A stretch of 64,000 bases of DNA. Source: Candidatus Aenigmatarchaeota archaeon (GTDB lineage: Archaea; Aenigmatarchaeota; Aenigmatarchaeia; Aenigmatarchaeales; Aenigmatarchaeaceae). Location of the stretch: contig JBDRJK010000001.1 in NCBI GenBank assembly GCA_043814985.1, positions 28,083-92,082 on the forward strand. The letters run 5' to 3'. Within the stretch, counting starts at the first letter, position 1. Each line of letters starts with the position of its first letter. Below are positions 46,497 through 55,900 of the stretch, piece by piece. Under the pieces are notes generated by a model. It had not been told where the DNA came from. It saw nothing but the letters and a program-made list of their open reading frames with translations, and made no database searches. A program made the position numbers and the translations under genes.

Positions 46497-47249
46497 TTAT
46501 ATAACATGGGCCTTCTGCCAGAACTGCTCGAACTTGTCCTTATAATCTGTCTTACAATTCAGGAACCAGATGCCTTTCTCGTTCTGGTCAATTGTCATGC
46601 CATGCTTCTCGTCAGCAACTATCAGATACGGCAAAGCCCTTCCAAGCCTCATATCAATGTCTATCTTCTTCAGCTTCTCCTTCATTGGCGGGAACATCTC
46701 AGCCGCGATTATCCTTATCTTGACGCCCCTCTCAACAGCCCTTTTAATCGCCTCAAGAAGAACAATGTCGTCATAGAACTTGTCTGTTGTAACAAGTATC
46801 TCATCATTGGCAAGATCGAAAAGCAAAGCTGCCCTTCTAACGAAATCCCCCTCGTACTGCTCGTAGGCCTTCTCACCCTGCCATATGCTCTTTCCCCTTG
46901 TCTCGAGAAAATCGTCATAGGTCTCTTCTAATTTACCAAATAATTCCTTTAATCGTAAGTAATCTTTGCCAACATAGCTCATTATTCTTGGGAAGGGATT
47001 AGTGGACATGGTCAACCAGAATACCTTGTTCTTGTCCTGTCCGGATTCTACCAGCCCCTTCTTCTCCAGAGAGTAAAGATACTTGTAGGCATTGGTAACA
47101 GAAATATTAACTTCATTTGCAATGAGGTTCGCGCTTGCCTTTATCATGTCCCTGTTAGTTAACTTAAGCATAGCCCTAATAATCCTTATTTCCAAATCGT
47201 CAAACTGCTTGCTATCTTTGAGCATTGAGCAAAACTCATTTGTGTCCAT
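46497..47249 (-). CDS. TrmB-family transcriptional regulator
   Basis: N-terminal wHTH (AYKYLYSLEKKGLVE) and C-terminal PLD-like effector domain (AVERGVKIRII). Confidence 0.85.
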   Translation of the reverse strand: MDTNEFCSMLKDSKQFDDLEIRIIRAMLKLTNRDMIKASANLIANEVNISVTNAYKYLYSLEKKGLVESGQDKNKVFWLTMSTNPFPRIMSYVGKDYLRLKELFGKLEETYDDFLETRGKSIWQGEKAYEQYEGDFVRRAALLFDLANDEILVTTDKFYDDIVLLEAIKRAVERGVKIRIIAAEMFPPMKEKLKKIDIDMRLGRALPYLIVADEKHGMTIDQNEKGIWFLNCKTDYKDKFEQFWQKAHVI

Positions 47250-47365
47250 AGATAACTTATGAATCTTGTGATTTAAATTTATATTGTCTCTTATAAAATA
47301 TAGGGCATAAAGAAATAGAAAAACATATTTAAACTACATCCTATAACTAATTAGAAAGTGATTTC

Positions 47366-48013
47366 ATGCAAGAAAACGATTTCATAATAGTCAATTATAC
47401 AGGAAAGGTCAAGGAAACTAACAAGGAGTTTGACAAGGCTGACAATGCTCCAATGATTATAAAGACAGGTTTTGTGCTGAAAGGACTGGAACAGCCTCTG
47501 AGACTGATGAAATTAGGCGAGAAAAAAACAATAGAAGTTAATTCAGAGAATGCCTTTGGAAAGAGGGACTTCAAGCTTATCAAGCTGGTTCCATTAGGAG
47601 AATTCAGAAAGCACGGGACAAAGCCAGTTCCTGGAATGTTCGTAGAGGCAGACAACAGGAGAGGAAAGGTGGTATCTGTTTCTGGCGGAAGGGTCAGGGT
47701 TGACTTCAACCATCCATTGGCAGGAAAAACTTTACTATATAATATAGAAATAAAGAAGAAGATAGAGACTCCCGAGGACAAGATAAAGACTCTGGTACAA
47801 ATCTACACGAAAGTTGACAAGGCCAAACTTAATGTCATAATCAAAGAGAAGCAGGTTGACATTGATGTTCCCCCCATGATAAATTCCCTGTTCAAGAAAA
47901 GGATTTCTGACGACATCATGAAGATAATGGGAATGGAAAAGGTAAGGTTCATCGAGACTTTCGAGAAACCAAAGCAAGAAACTGAAAAACCTAAAGAAGA
48001 AGTTAAAAAATAG
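47366..48013 (+). CDS. FKBP-type peptidyl-prolyl isomerase (archaeal long/SlyD-like)
   Basis: VNYTGK, AFGKRD and RVRVDFNHPLAGKTL. Confidence 0.93.
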   Translation: MQENDFIIVNYTGKVKETNKEFDKADNAPMIIKTGFVLKGLEQPLRLMKLGEKKTIEVNSENAFGKRDFKLIKLVPLGEFRKHGTKPVPGMFVEADNRRGKVVSVSGGRVRVDFNHPLAGKTLLYNIEIKKKIETPEDKIKTLVQIYTKVDKAKLNVIIKEKQVDIDVPPMINSLFKKRISDDIMKIMGMEKVRFIETFEKPKQETEKPKEEVKK

Positions 48014-48088
48014 AATTATATTTCACTTTATAACACACTACTTAATTATAAATTGTTTAGTTCTCTAAAATATTACAAGGGTTTTTTA

Positions 48089-49168
48089 ATGGCAGTTAGA
48101 AGTATAGCAGGTAGGGAAAAAATTTCTGATACAGACGAAGATTTGAGGAAGTTGTTGGAAGCAAGAAAGGCAGACATAAAGGTCATAGGAGTCGGAGGAG
48201 CTGGAAACAACACTATTTCTAGAATGATGCAAGTCGGTATTGTTGGCGCGCAGATATTGGCAGCAAACACTGACGCCCAAGATTTGCTATACACTGATGC
48301 AGACGAGAAAGTTCTTTTGGGAAAGGACCTGACAAGAGGTTTGGGAGCAGGTGCTGATCCGAAAGTCGGATGCGAATCCGCAAGGGAGAGCAGGGAAATG
48401 ATAAAGGAAGTTTTGCAAGGCGGGGACATGGTCTTCATCACATGTGGATTAGGTGGCGGAACTGGAACAGGAGCCTCGCCAGTAATTGCGGAGATTGCAA
48501 AGAAGATGGGATTACTGACTGTTGGCGTTGTGACCTTGCCGTTCACAATGGAAGGCAAGCAGAGAATGGAAAATGCAAGGTACGGCCTGGAAGAACTGGA
48601 AAAGAACGTTGACACATTAATAGTAATACCAAACGACAAGCTTCTGGAGATTGTACCTGATGTTTCAATTGTTACAGCATTCAAGATTTGTGACGAGATC
48701 CTTGTCAACGCAGTCAAGGGTGTGACAGAACTGGTAACCAAACCAGGTTTAGTCAACCTAGACTTCGCAGACATAAGGGCTGTAATGACTGCTGGCGGAT
48801 TGGCAATGATCGGCCTGGGAGAATCCAACACAGAGAACAGGGCATTGGAAGCTGTTGAAAAGGCTTTGAACAACCCGTTGCTTGATGTTGAGATTGATGG
48901 AGCATGCGGAGCATTGGTGAATGTCAGCGGCGGAACAGACGTCACAATAAAGGAGTGCCAAGAGATAGTGGAGGCAATATCAGCAAAGATATCACCTGAC
49001 GCAAAGATTATTTGGGGAGCACAGATAGAGAAGGACATGGGTGAAATGGTAAGGGCCTTGATAATAGTGACCGGAGTGAAGGCATCCCAACTGTACGGAA
49101 CTGGAACTTTCTTTTCAACAGAAAAGCAACAGCAAATAGAAAAGATACTTGGAATAGAATTTGTCTGA
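48089..49168 (+). CDS. ftsZ: Cell division protein FtsZ (FtsZ1-type context)
   Basis: GVGGAGNN, GLGGGTGTG tubulin signature and NLDFADIR; ftsZ-secE-spt5-rpl11 synteny. Confidence 0.98.
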   Translation: MAVRSIAGREKISDTDEDLRKLLEARKADIKVIGVGGAGNNTISRMMQVGIVGAQILAANTDAQDLLYTDADEKVLLGKDLTRGLGAGADPKVGCESARESREMIKEVLQGGDMVFITCGLGGGTGTGASPVIAEIAKKMGLLTVGVVTLPFTMEGKQRMENARYGLEELEKNVDTLIVIPNDKLLEIVPDVSIVTAFKICDEILVNAVKGVTELVTKPGLVNLDFADIRAVMTAGGLAMIGLGESNTENRALEAVEKALNNPLLDVEIDGACGALVNVSGGTDVTIKECQEIVEAISAKISPDAKIIWGAQIEKDMGEMVRALIIVTGVKASQLYGTGTFFSTEKQQQIEKILGIEFV

Positions 49169-49239
49169 TAGCAAAGGAAAAGCTTAGATAAACATTTAAA
49201 TACTATTCAGTATAATAGAAAATAGTTCTAGGTGCTAAC

Positions 49240-49497
49240 ATGGAAGAGGCTAATGAATCAAAACAGCAGGAAAAGGCTAGCCATAAGGCTAAGAAAATAG
49301 ACAAGCCCAAAGGACCTGGTTTATTCACTAAACTAAAAAACAAGATAGCACAGTTCAAGCGTGTTGTAAGCATAGCCAGGAAACCAGAGAAGGAGGAGTT
49401 CATCTCTTCTGTCAAGATAACTGGAACTGGAATGGCATTGATCGGAGTGATAGGCTTTATAATATTTCTCCTATATTTTCTAGTAAGGTCTTTGTGA
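49240..49497 (+). CDS. secE: Protein translocase subunit SecE/Sec61gamma
   Basis: RVVSIARKPEKEEF...G..LIGVIGFII. Confidence 0.93.
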   Translation: MEEANESKQQEKASHKAKKIDKPKGPGLFTKLKNKIAQFKRVVSIARKPEKEEFISSVKITGTGMALIGVIGFIIFLLYFLVRSL

Positions 49498-49501
49498 TAT
49501 T

Positions 49502-49951
49502 ATGATTTACACTGTAAGGACAACTGTCGGCAGGGAAAACGCGGTCATTGAGACATTGACAAGAAAGATAAAGTGTAGGACACTGGACATAAGAACGGTC
49601 TTCCATCCAGGCGAATTGAAAGGCTACATATTCGTGGAAGGGGGGGAGGAGGACATAGACACCATAATAAAGGCTGTCCCGCATGTCAAAGGCCTAATCA
49701 GAAGGGAAGTTAAGATTGATGAAATTAAAAACTTCCTGGAAGTCAAGAAGATTGAAATCAAGATTAACAGAGGAGATGTTATTGAGGTCACAAGCGGTCC
49801 CTTCAAGAACGAAAAGGGCAAGGTGACAAGGGTTGACGAGGCAAAGGAAGAGGTCACAATAGAACTGCTTGAAGCTGCAATACCAATTCCCATCACAGTT
49901 CCAATAGACTCTGTCAGGGTCTTGGAAGCAATTGAGAGTGAAAAGAAATGA
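49502..49951 (+). CDS. spt5: Transcription elongation factor Spt5/NusG
   Basis: LKGYIFVE and a KOW domain, GDVIEVTSGPFKNEKGKV. Confidence 0.96.
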   Translation: MIYTVRTTVGRENAVIETLTRKIKCRTLDIRTVFHPGELKGYIFVEGGEEDIDTIIKAVPHVKGLIRREVKIDEIKNFLEVKKIEIKINRGDVIEVTSGPFKNEKGKVTRVDEAKEEVTIELLEAAIPIPITVPIDSVRVLEAIESEKK

Positions 49952-50448
49952 CAATAATAAAGGCCGTAATCAAAGCTGGCAAAGCAAGCGCAGCACCACC
50001 TTTGGGTCCGTCTTTAGCTGCATTAAAAATGAACACTCAGGATGTTATTAATGCTATAAATGAGAAGACAAAGGACTTGGAAGGCATGGAGATTCCTGTT
50101 ACAATAGACGTTGAACCCTCGACAAAGGAGTTCAAGATATCAGTGGGAACGCCGACTTTAACAGCCCTGATTAGAAAGGAACTGAAGGTCAAGAAGCTAT
50201 CAAAGGCTCCATTCAATGTTTATGAGAAAGAGGAAGTCAAGGAAGAGTTCAAGGAAAGCATCAAGTTCGAGCAAATCGTCAAACTAGCCAAGATGAAGAT
50301 GGATGACATGAAAACAGACGACCTCAAGAACGCTGTCAAGCAAACTGTCTCTTTCTGTGTGAGTGCTGGAGTCCTTGTAGAGGAAAAAAGGCCCAAAGAG
50401 ATACTAAAAGAGATTGCAGAAGGCAAATGGGACGAGAAGATTGTCTGA
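49948..50448 (+). CDS. rpl11: 50S ribosomal protein uL11
   Basis: GKASAAPPLGP...GMEIPV...VGTPT. Confidence 0.95.
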   Translation: MTIIKAVIKAGKASAAPPLGPSLAALKMNTQDVINAINEKTKDLEGMEIPVTIDVEPSTKEFKISVGTPTLTALIRKELKVKKLSKAPFNVYEKEEVKEEFKESIKFEQIVKLAKMKMDDMKTDDLKNAVKQTVSFCVSAGVLVEEKRPKEILKEIAEGKWDEKIV

Positions 50449-50497
50449 TTCTAGCTAAAAATAACCTTTAAATGCTTTTAGAGAGCATTATTTTCTT

Positions 50498-51007
50498 ATG
50501 ATTTTGTCAAAGATGTTTTTGTTCCTGATTGCAATTACAATAGCAGTATCAGGCATGCAGATACTGGGATACCAGGTTCTGGAATTGATCATAGTAATGA
50601 TGGTGGTTGACTTCCTTACACTGGGAGCATTGTTCCATCTGGAAAAGGCCCCTTCCCTGATAAAGAACAACCCAATAAATGTGGAAGATGACATAGTTCC
50701 CAGGCTCAAGAAGATTGACAAGCTTGATGCCATAGAGGAGAACTCCAAAAACATACTCAGCCAATTATCTAATTCTGGCTTTGAGGACAAGCTGAAAAAG
50801 CAGAGCGACGACATAACCTATCTTTTAGACAAGATGGGGAGGAAGACACTAGAACTGGAAGAGAGAATAAACAAGTTCGGAAACGGCCTTTTAGACTCAT
50901 TAACAAACCTGAACAAAAGGGTAGATGGCCTAGAAAAGACAGACGAGAAAAACAACCAATTTTCCTCAAACGAGTTTGTTTATCTGAAAGCAGATGAAAA
51001 AGCTTAA
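50498..51007 (+). CDS. Hypothetical N-terminally membrane-anchored coiled-coil protein
   Basis: Two TM segments followed by about 100 aa of heptad-like helix. Confidence 0.75.
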   Translation: MILSKMFLFLIAITIAVSGMQILGYQVLELIIVMMVVDFLTLGALFHLEKAPSLIKNNPINVEDDIVPRLKKIDKLDAIEENSKNILSQLSNSGFEDKLKKQSDDITYLLDKMGRKTLELEERINKFGNGLLDSLTNLNKRVDGLEKTDEKNNQFSSNEFVYLKADEKA

Positions 51008-51032
51008 ATTCTTTTGCAATTAACTGTTTTCT

Positions 51033-51311
51033 ATGGAAAGGTTTTTTTGGATAACAATGTTAACTGTAATAGCAGGATTGTTCCAGCTATTATTCTACAA
51101 AAGCATAGAATTGACCATAATACTCTTTTCTATTAATTTCATGGTTTTCGGGCTAGAACTGGCAAGAACAACATCCAAAAGGGGTGTTTTGCTAAAGCTT
51201 GAAAGCATAGAAAGGGACCTCAATGACACAGTAAGCAACCTGATTTCCCCCCAAATAGCCAAAATAGGGGGAAGTAAGAAGGAAATCATAGAGTGGCTGA
51301 ATAAATTCTAA
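51033..51311 (+). CDS. Hypothetical small membrane protein
   Basis: Two TM segments, a short coiled coil and a KEIIEWLNKF end. Confidence 0.7.
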   Translation: MERFFWITMLTVIAGLFQLLFYKSIELTIILFSINFMVFGLELARTTSKRGVLLKLESIERDLNDTVSNLISPQIAKIGGSKKEIIEWLNKF

Positions 51312-51329
51312 TACGACAAAAAACTATTT

Positions 51330-51375
51330 TTCAAGTATATATCTATAGATATTTGAACTGTCGGGCTACTGTCGG
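51330..51375. repeat. 14-bp palindrome ATATCTATAGATAT (51339-51352) and tandem ACTGTCGG repeats (51357-51364, 51368-51375)
   Basis: Read directly at the junction of convergent genes. Confidence 0.7.
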
Positions 51376-51764
51376 AGGCTATAGAACTTTTTTCGACTTA
51401 ATGTCTTTGATATTGTTAGACCATCATCTTCCATTTGCTTCAGGTATTCATTGCACCTTGTTCTCGACAGTTTTATGAGTTTACTCAATTGATAGGGAGT
51501 GATCTCCCTGTATTTCTGCAGTATCAGCCTGATTGCTTCCTTTGTCTTTACTGATACAGTGCGCCTTTGGAGTGTTATGCCGCTTGCCGAGATCACGTCA
51601 TTGACACTTCTCAAATTCGACTCTATCTTGTCGATTTTCTGGTTTAAACCCTTTAATCTCTCAATCTCAATTGCTATCTGAGCATAGCGCATGTCCAGCT
51701 GCTTCAACAAAGTTTCTATTGAATCCTTCTCTTCATCCTTGGACTTGAAAAAAGACATAAACAT
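51366..51764 (-). CDS. Coiled-coil plus C-terminal winged-helix DNA-binding protein
   Basis: N-terminal heptads; C-terminal ITPYQLSKLIKLSRTRCNEYLKQMEDDGL..KT..RKKFY wHTH. Confidence 0.8.
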   Translation of the reverse strand: MFMSFFKSKDEEKDSIETLLKQLDMRYAQIAIEIERLKGLNQKIDKIESNLRSVNDVISASGITLQRRTVSVKTKEAIRLILQKYREITPYQLSKLIKLSRTRCNEYLKQMEDDGLTISKTLSRKKFYSLRQ

Positions 51765-51887
51765 TACTATATTCTTTCATTTTCCTATATTTAAAAATTT
51801 TTCGACAGCACTGTTTTTCTCGTATTGTCGGGATTCTGCCTGTTTTTCCTTTTTAACAGGTTTAATATCATCGACATGAATCTTTTG

Positions 51888-51927
51888 TTATAAAATCTGG
51901 CCAGGTCTGTTGTACAATATTGTACAA
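51888..51927 (+). promoter_or_regulatory. TATA box (51888-51895) and perfect 18-bp palindromic operator TTGTACAATATTGTACAA (51910-51927)
   Basis: The palindrome consists of two TTGTACAA half-sites, lies 11 nt before the ATG at 51939 and spans the expected transcription start. Confidence 0.75.
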
Positions 51928-51938
51928 AAGGTTTTTCA

Positions 51939-52961
51939 ATGACAATAAAGGAACCTAGAAAAATTATAATCGAAGCTCTGATGAAGAATCCAGAAGGTTT
52001 GACACTTCTTTCACTAGCTGAGGTAACTGGATTGCACCGACACACAGCCACCAAATATGTCCATGAATTGATTGGAGCAGGGGTTGTCTACCAGAGAAGT
52101 GTCGGGGCTGCAAAGCTCTGTTATTTGAAGAAAAAAATAGAGACTGAAACTGACGAGAAAAGGGTTCTGGATATGCTTAGGAAAAAGAGGAAAGGAAGCG
52201 TCCAAATGAAGCTTTTGATTGCTGTGGTTGTCTTGTCGTTCCTGTTGAGCGAATCTGTGATCATAGCATATGAGAACAGCTCCTTCATCAACAATACCAA
52301 CTTCTCGAACACCAGCCCAGTCACATCAAGCCTCAATAATTCTGACTTGAATATCAATTTCAATATAACTGAAAATATCAACAGTACACAAAATAGTTCT
52401 GTCGAGCCATCGACAAATGAAACTGAGTTTAATAATAATGGAACTGTCGGAGGAACTAACGGAACATCCCTAAACACTACTAATGAAACAATAGAAGCCC
52501 CGATTATTGAAAATACAACCAATGTAACTGAGCCTGTAAATGCTACAGAGGACATTAATCAGACTATAGACCTTAACTTGACTTTTAATGAAACTTTTGA
52601 AGAAAATGAAACTGTTTTTGAAAACATAACAGAAATTATTGAAAGCATAACTTCTGAAATAGGAAATATTACATCTATAGAACCGATTCTTGATGTAAAG
52701 TTGCTGTATCCGCAGAAAATAATAAGGGGTGAAAGCCTGGATATAAGAGCTGACCTTGAAAACAGCGGTTATTTGGCTAAAAATGTTGTTCTCAACTGGC
52801 TGCTACCTGCTGGTTTTAACATGGTTTCTGGGAATATGAGTGAAAATTGCGGGGATTTGGATACTGGTGGTTCCTGCTATTCAGAGATTAGCGTTATGAC
52901 TAATCTGACAACAGGCATTGGCCTGAATGAAATAAGAGTTGTGGTTGATTATGAAGAGTAG
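51939..52961 (+). CDS. Membrane-tethered regulator: N-terminal wHTH, single TM, Asn/Thr-rich stalk, C-terminal Ig-like (CARDB/DUF11-like) domain
   Basis: GLTLLSLAEVTGLHRHTATKYVHELIGAGVVYQRSVGAAKLCY (wHTH), then LLIAVVVLSFLLSESVIIA (TM), many N-x-S/T sequons, and a C-terminal beta-rich domain with a Cys pair. Confidence 0.85.
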   Translation: MTIKEPRKIIIEALMKNPEGLTLLSLAEVTGLHRHTATKYVHELIGAGVVYQRSVGAAKLCYLKKKIETETDEKRVLDMLRKKRKGSVQMKLLIAVVVLSFLLSESVIIAYENSSFINNTNFSNTSPVTSSLNNSDLNINFNITENINSTQNSSVEPSTNETEFNNNGTVGGTNGTSLNTTNETIEAPIIENTTNVTEPVNATEDINQTIDLNLTFNETFEENETVFENITEIIESITSEIGNITSIEPILDVKLLYPQKIIRGESLDIRADLENSGYLAKNVVLNWLLPAGFNMVSGNMSENCGDLDTGGSCYSEISVMTNLTTGIGLNEIRVVVDYEE

Positions 52962-55900
52962 CACTAAGTCAGGACAGAGCCAATTATTGATTCCCCTACT
53001 CTTGATTATCTCATCGGCAATGGTATTTGCCACAAATGTCACTCTAAATTTGACCAAAAACACAACACCATCAGGAGCTTTTGTAGGCATTCCAAACAGT
53101 ACAAATGAAACTAATAATTCGCAAGAATTTGTATTCCCAATAGAGGTTTGGGCTGAAACCTACATTGGTATGAACATAGATGGAAATGTTGTTAAAGCTC
53201 ACTTGTTCTTGGACAACCAAACAAAAATTGAGAACCACCAAATCAATCTTTACCTGAATGGTGTTTTCTTTGGTTCTGATTTAACTGATGTTGAAGGCAT
53301 TGCTGAATTCACTGTTTCTGAATTTGGGGAATATAAGATATTTGCTGTTTTTGAAGGCAGAGACTTCTTGAACCCATCTGAAATCAACCTAACTGAGATA
53401 ATTCAAGAAAATGAGGTTATTTTCGAGATTCTTGGAACAGAGCAGGGTGATATTGAGATTGGGGAACCTGTTAAATGGGAGAAGAAATTCAGATTATTTA
53501 ACCCGAATGACAGGGATGCCTTAGCAGATTTCGAATTGGACTTTCCTGAAGATGCTTTTAGCGTTAATGTCGCTGAAAAGGACACGAAAAAGATGTTGAA
53601 TTTGATTAAGAAATCCATTAGGGAATGGCTCAAAGCCAATGAGAGTAGGGAATATATGCTGGAATACTTCACAGATTCACCAGTCGTAATCGAGGAACTG
53701 GTAAACAAGTACAAGAAAGTGATTAACATCAGCTCTCCGATACACTATGAGAATGTTCCTGTCTACACTGACATTGAAGAGACTTCCCAAGATTCCATAA
53801 GGATTTACTGGATTGTTGATGGTGAGAGAGTAGATATTACTAATAATCCTTCATTCAATGTTATTTTCATTGATTCCAATGGAAATGGCCTAATAGATAG
53901 AGTAGAGTGGGTTGTTCCACATCTTTCAGACCAGATATTCGAAATTTCAATTACTGTCTTGAATGTAGATACTCTTGTAAGAGATGGTGATAACTGGGTA
54001 GTCGCATTCAATACAACTGGAACAGCCAATTTGACCATTAATTCCACAAATGCTGGATGGACTGAGTTTCTGACAGACAACACAAGCACATTTGACGAAA
54101 TGTTACTGTTGGATATTAATTGTGGCAATGTTTCTTTGAAAGACTCATTACAATTGATTGATGAATTTGATAATGTTTACAATTACTCTGACTTAACTGC
54201 AAATGACACAATAGACATAAAGCATTTGTTTGTTGAGAATTATTCTTGCAATGATACTGGTCTCATAAGCAATAACATGTTAAAAGCTGGTTATGCTGCT
54301 CTACAATTCACCTTCGGAGACCAGATTGCTTATGCTTATGATGCTGCAGTAGTATGTAACTGGTCAACAGATACTGTTAACTGGGCAGATCAACAAGGTG
54401 GTGGTGGTTCTGCATGGGGAACTTCAAATACAACATGGAATCTAGGATATAATTGTAGCGAAGCAGGCGGTCCTTCAACTGGCTGCTATATCGCAAACAT
54501 AACAATAAACATGTATGGTGCTTCGGCGAGCCCTGCATCTGGTGGATTAGGTTTTGTAATATTTAGCAATGACTCAACACAATTCTTTCCTCTTGCGATT
54601 AATGTGGGTGGCGCATATACTTATGGTCCTGTAGATTCTTGTGGAGCTAATAACAACTATACTGGTGGAACAGGTTATCCTGGTAGTACACCAAACAGCA
54701 CTCCAAATACATGTAACATAAGTTTTACTGACTGGTTTAATGTAACATCATACACGGTTAATTGGTATATACCTGGTAAGGGTTCTGTGTCAATTCCAAC
54801 AATTAGTTACCAGTGGTGTTGGGAAGACGCGCTTCCAAAATTAGATAATCCAGCTGTTAATGGCACACAATCAGGATATAGTGCAGGTTGGGGAAGTATA
54901 TTCAACTTTTCAGTAGAAATATGGGAACCTCAAGGCAGTGAAAGTAATGTGAGTTTATGGTATACTCCAACTGCAGGAACAGGTTGGATGTTTGCAGGAT
55001 CAAGAAACGATACTTCGCCTCCAACTTCTTCTCCAGGCAACTTGACTAATTTTACTATAAACTATAGCTGTAGTGGAGGAACAATTACAGACAGTTTATC
55101 AAATGATTTGGGTGTTGTTGGGGCAGCAAAATACTATAAATTCAATGCTACTGACCCTTACTCCAATAAAAACGATACTTTTGATTCTTATGGAAACATA
55201 TATTTCACACCTACAAAAGATGATGTAAATGTTGTGAACGAGACTCCTACAGCTAATATTATTATAAACAGAAGTGACACAACTGATTTTGTTGTAGAGG
55301 TATATGACAGGGAAAAACAGAGTTACGGTAGTGGACAGTCTGGAAAAATATGGGTGTCTACCTATGAATATGATCAGAACACCAGTTATTTGGTAAGTAC
55401 TAATTCCACTGGGCATTTAGTACAAACATTTACGAATGCTATCTGGTGTGGGGACGAAAAATATTATCTTGGTGTTCATAAATGGAGTGGTGGAACAGAC
55501 AGTGATTCTTGTGTACAAAACAATGTAACTGAAAGTTCAAATTTCACCCTGTTGGGTAGTTTATACAACACATTAAACATTCCAGATGGAAGTTCAAATT
55601 TCACCCAAGCTCAAACAATAGATTTTACTGCAAGTGTGGCTGATGACTGTAGTGTTGGAAGAACAGCAACTTCCACAATTAACATCACTATGGTTAATAA
55701 CGACACTGAATATTTTTGTATTGCTTCAGCAGCTGGTGAATGTTCTATAAGCACAGACATTTCTTTCCCGACAGGATGGTACAATGTTACCATAGTTTCA
55801 AACAAATCTTACCATAATGATGGTTATTCTATTGATCAGGATGTTTTCTATCTATTACCTTACAGGAATGTTTTCAATGAGTCAGTAAATCCAGACTCTG

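Noticed and set aside
48073-49038. 321-aa antisense ORF over ftsZ
   Set aside because: Shadow ORF produced by codon bias on the coding strand; no motifs, and it fully overlaps a conserved gene. The same applies to the many shorter antisense ORFs in the track.
51330-51357. Canonical archaeal dif site
   Set aside because: The geometry fits 11-6-11, but it lacks the TATAA-N6-TTATA core of characterised Thermococcales dif sites; kept only as a low-interest finding.
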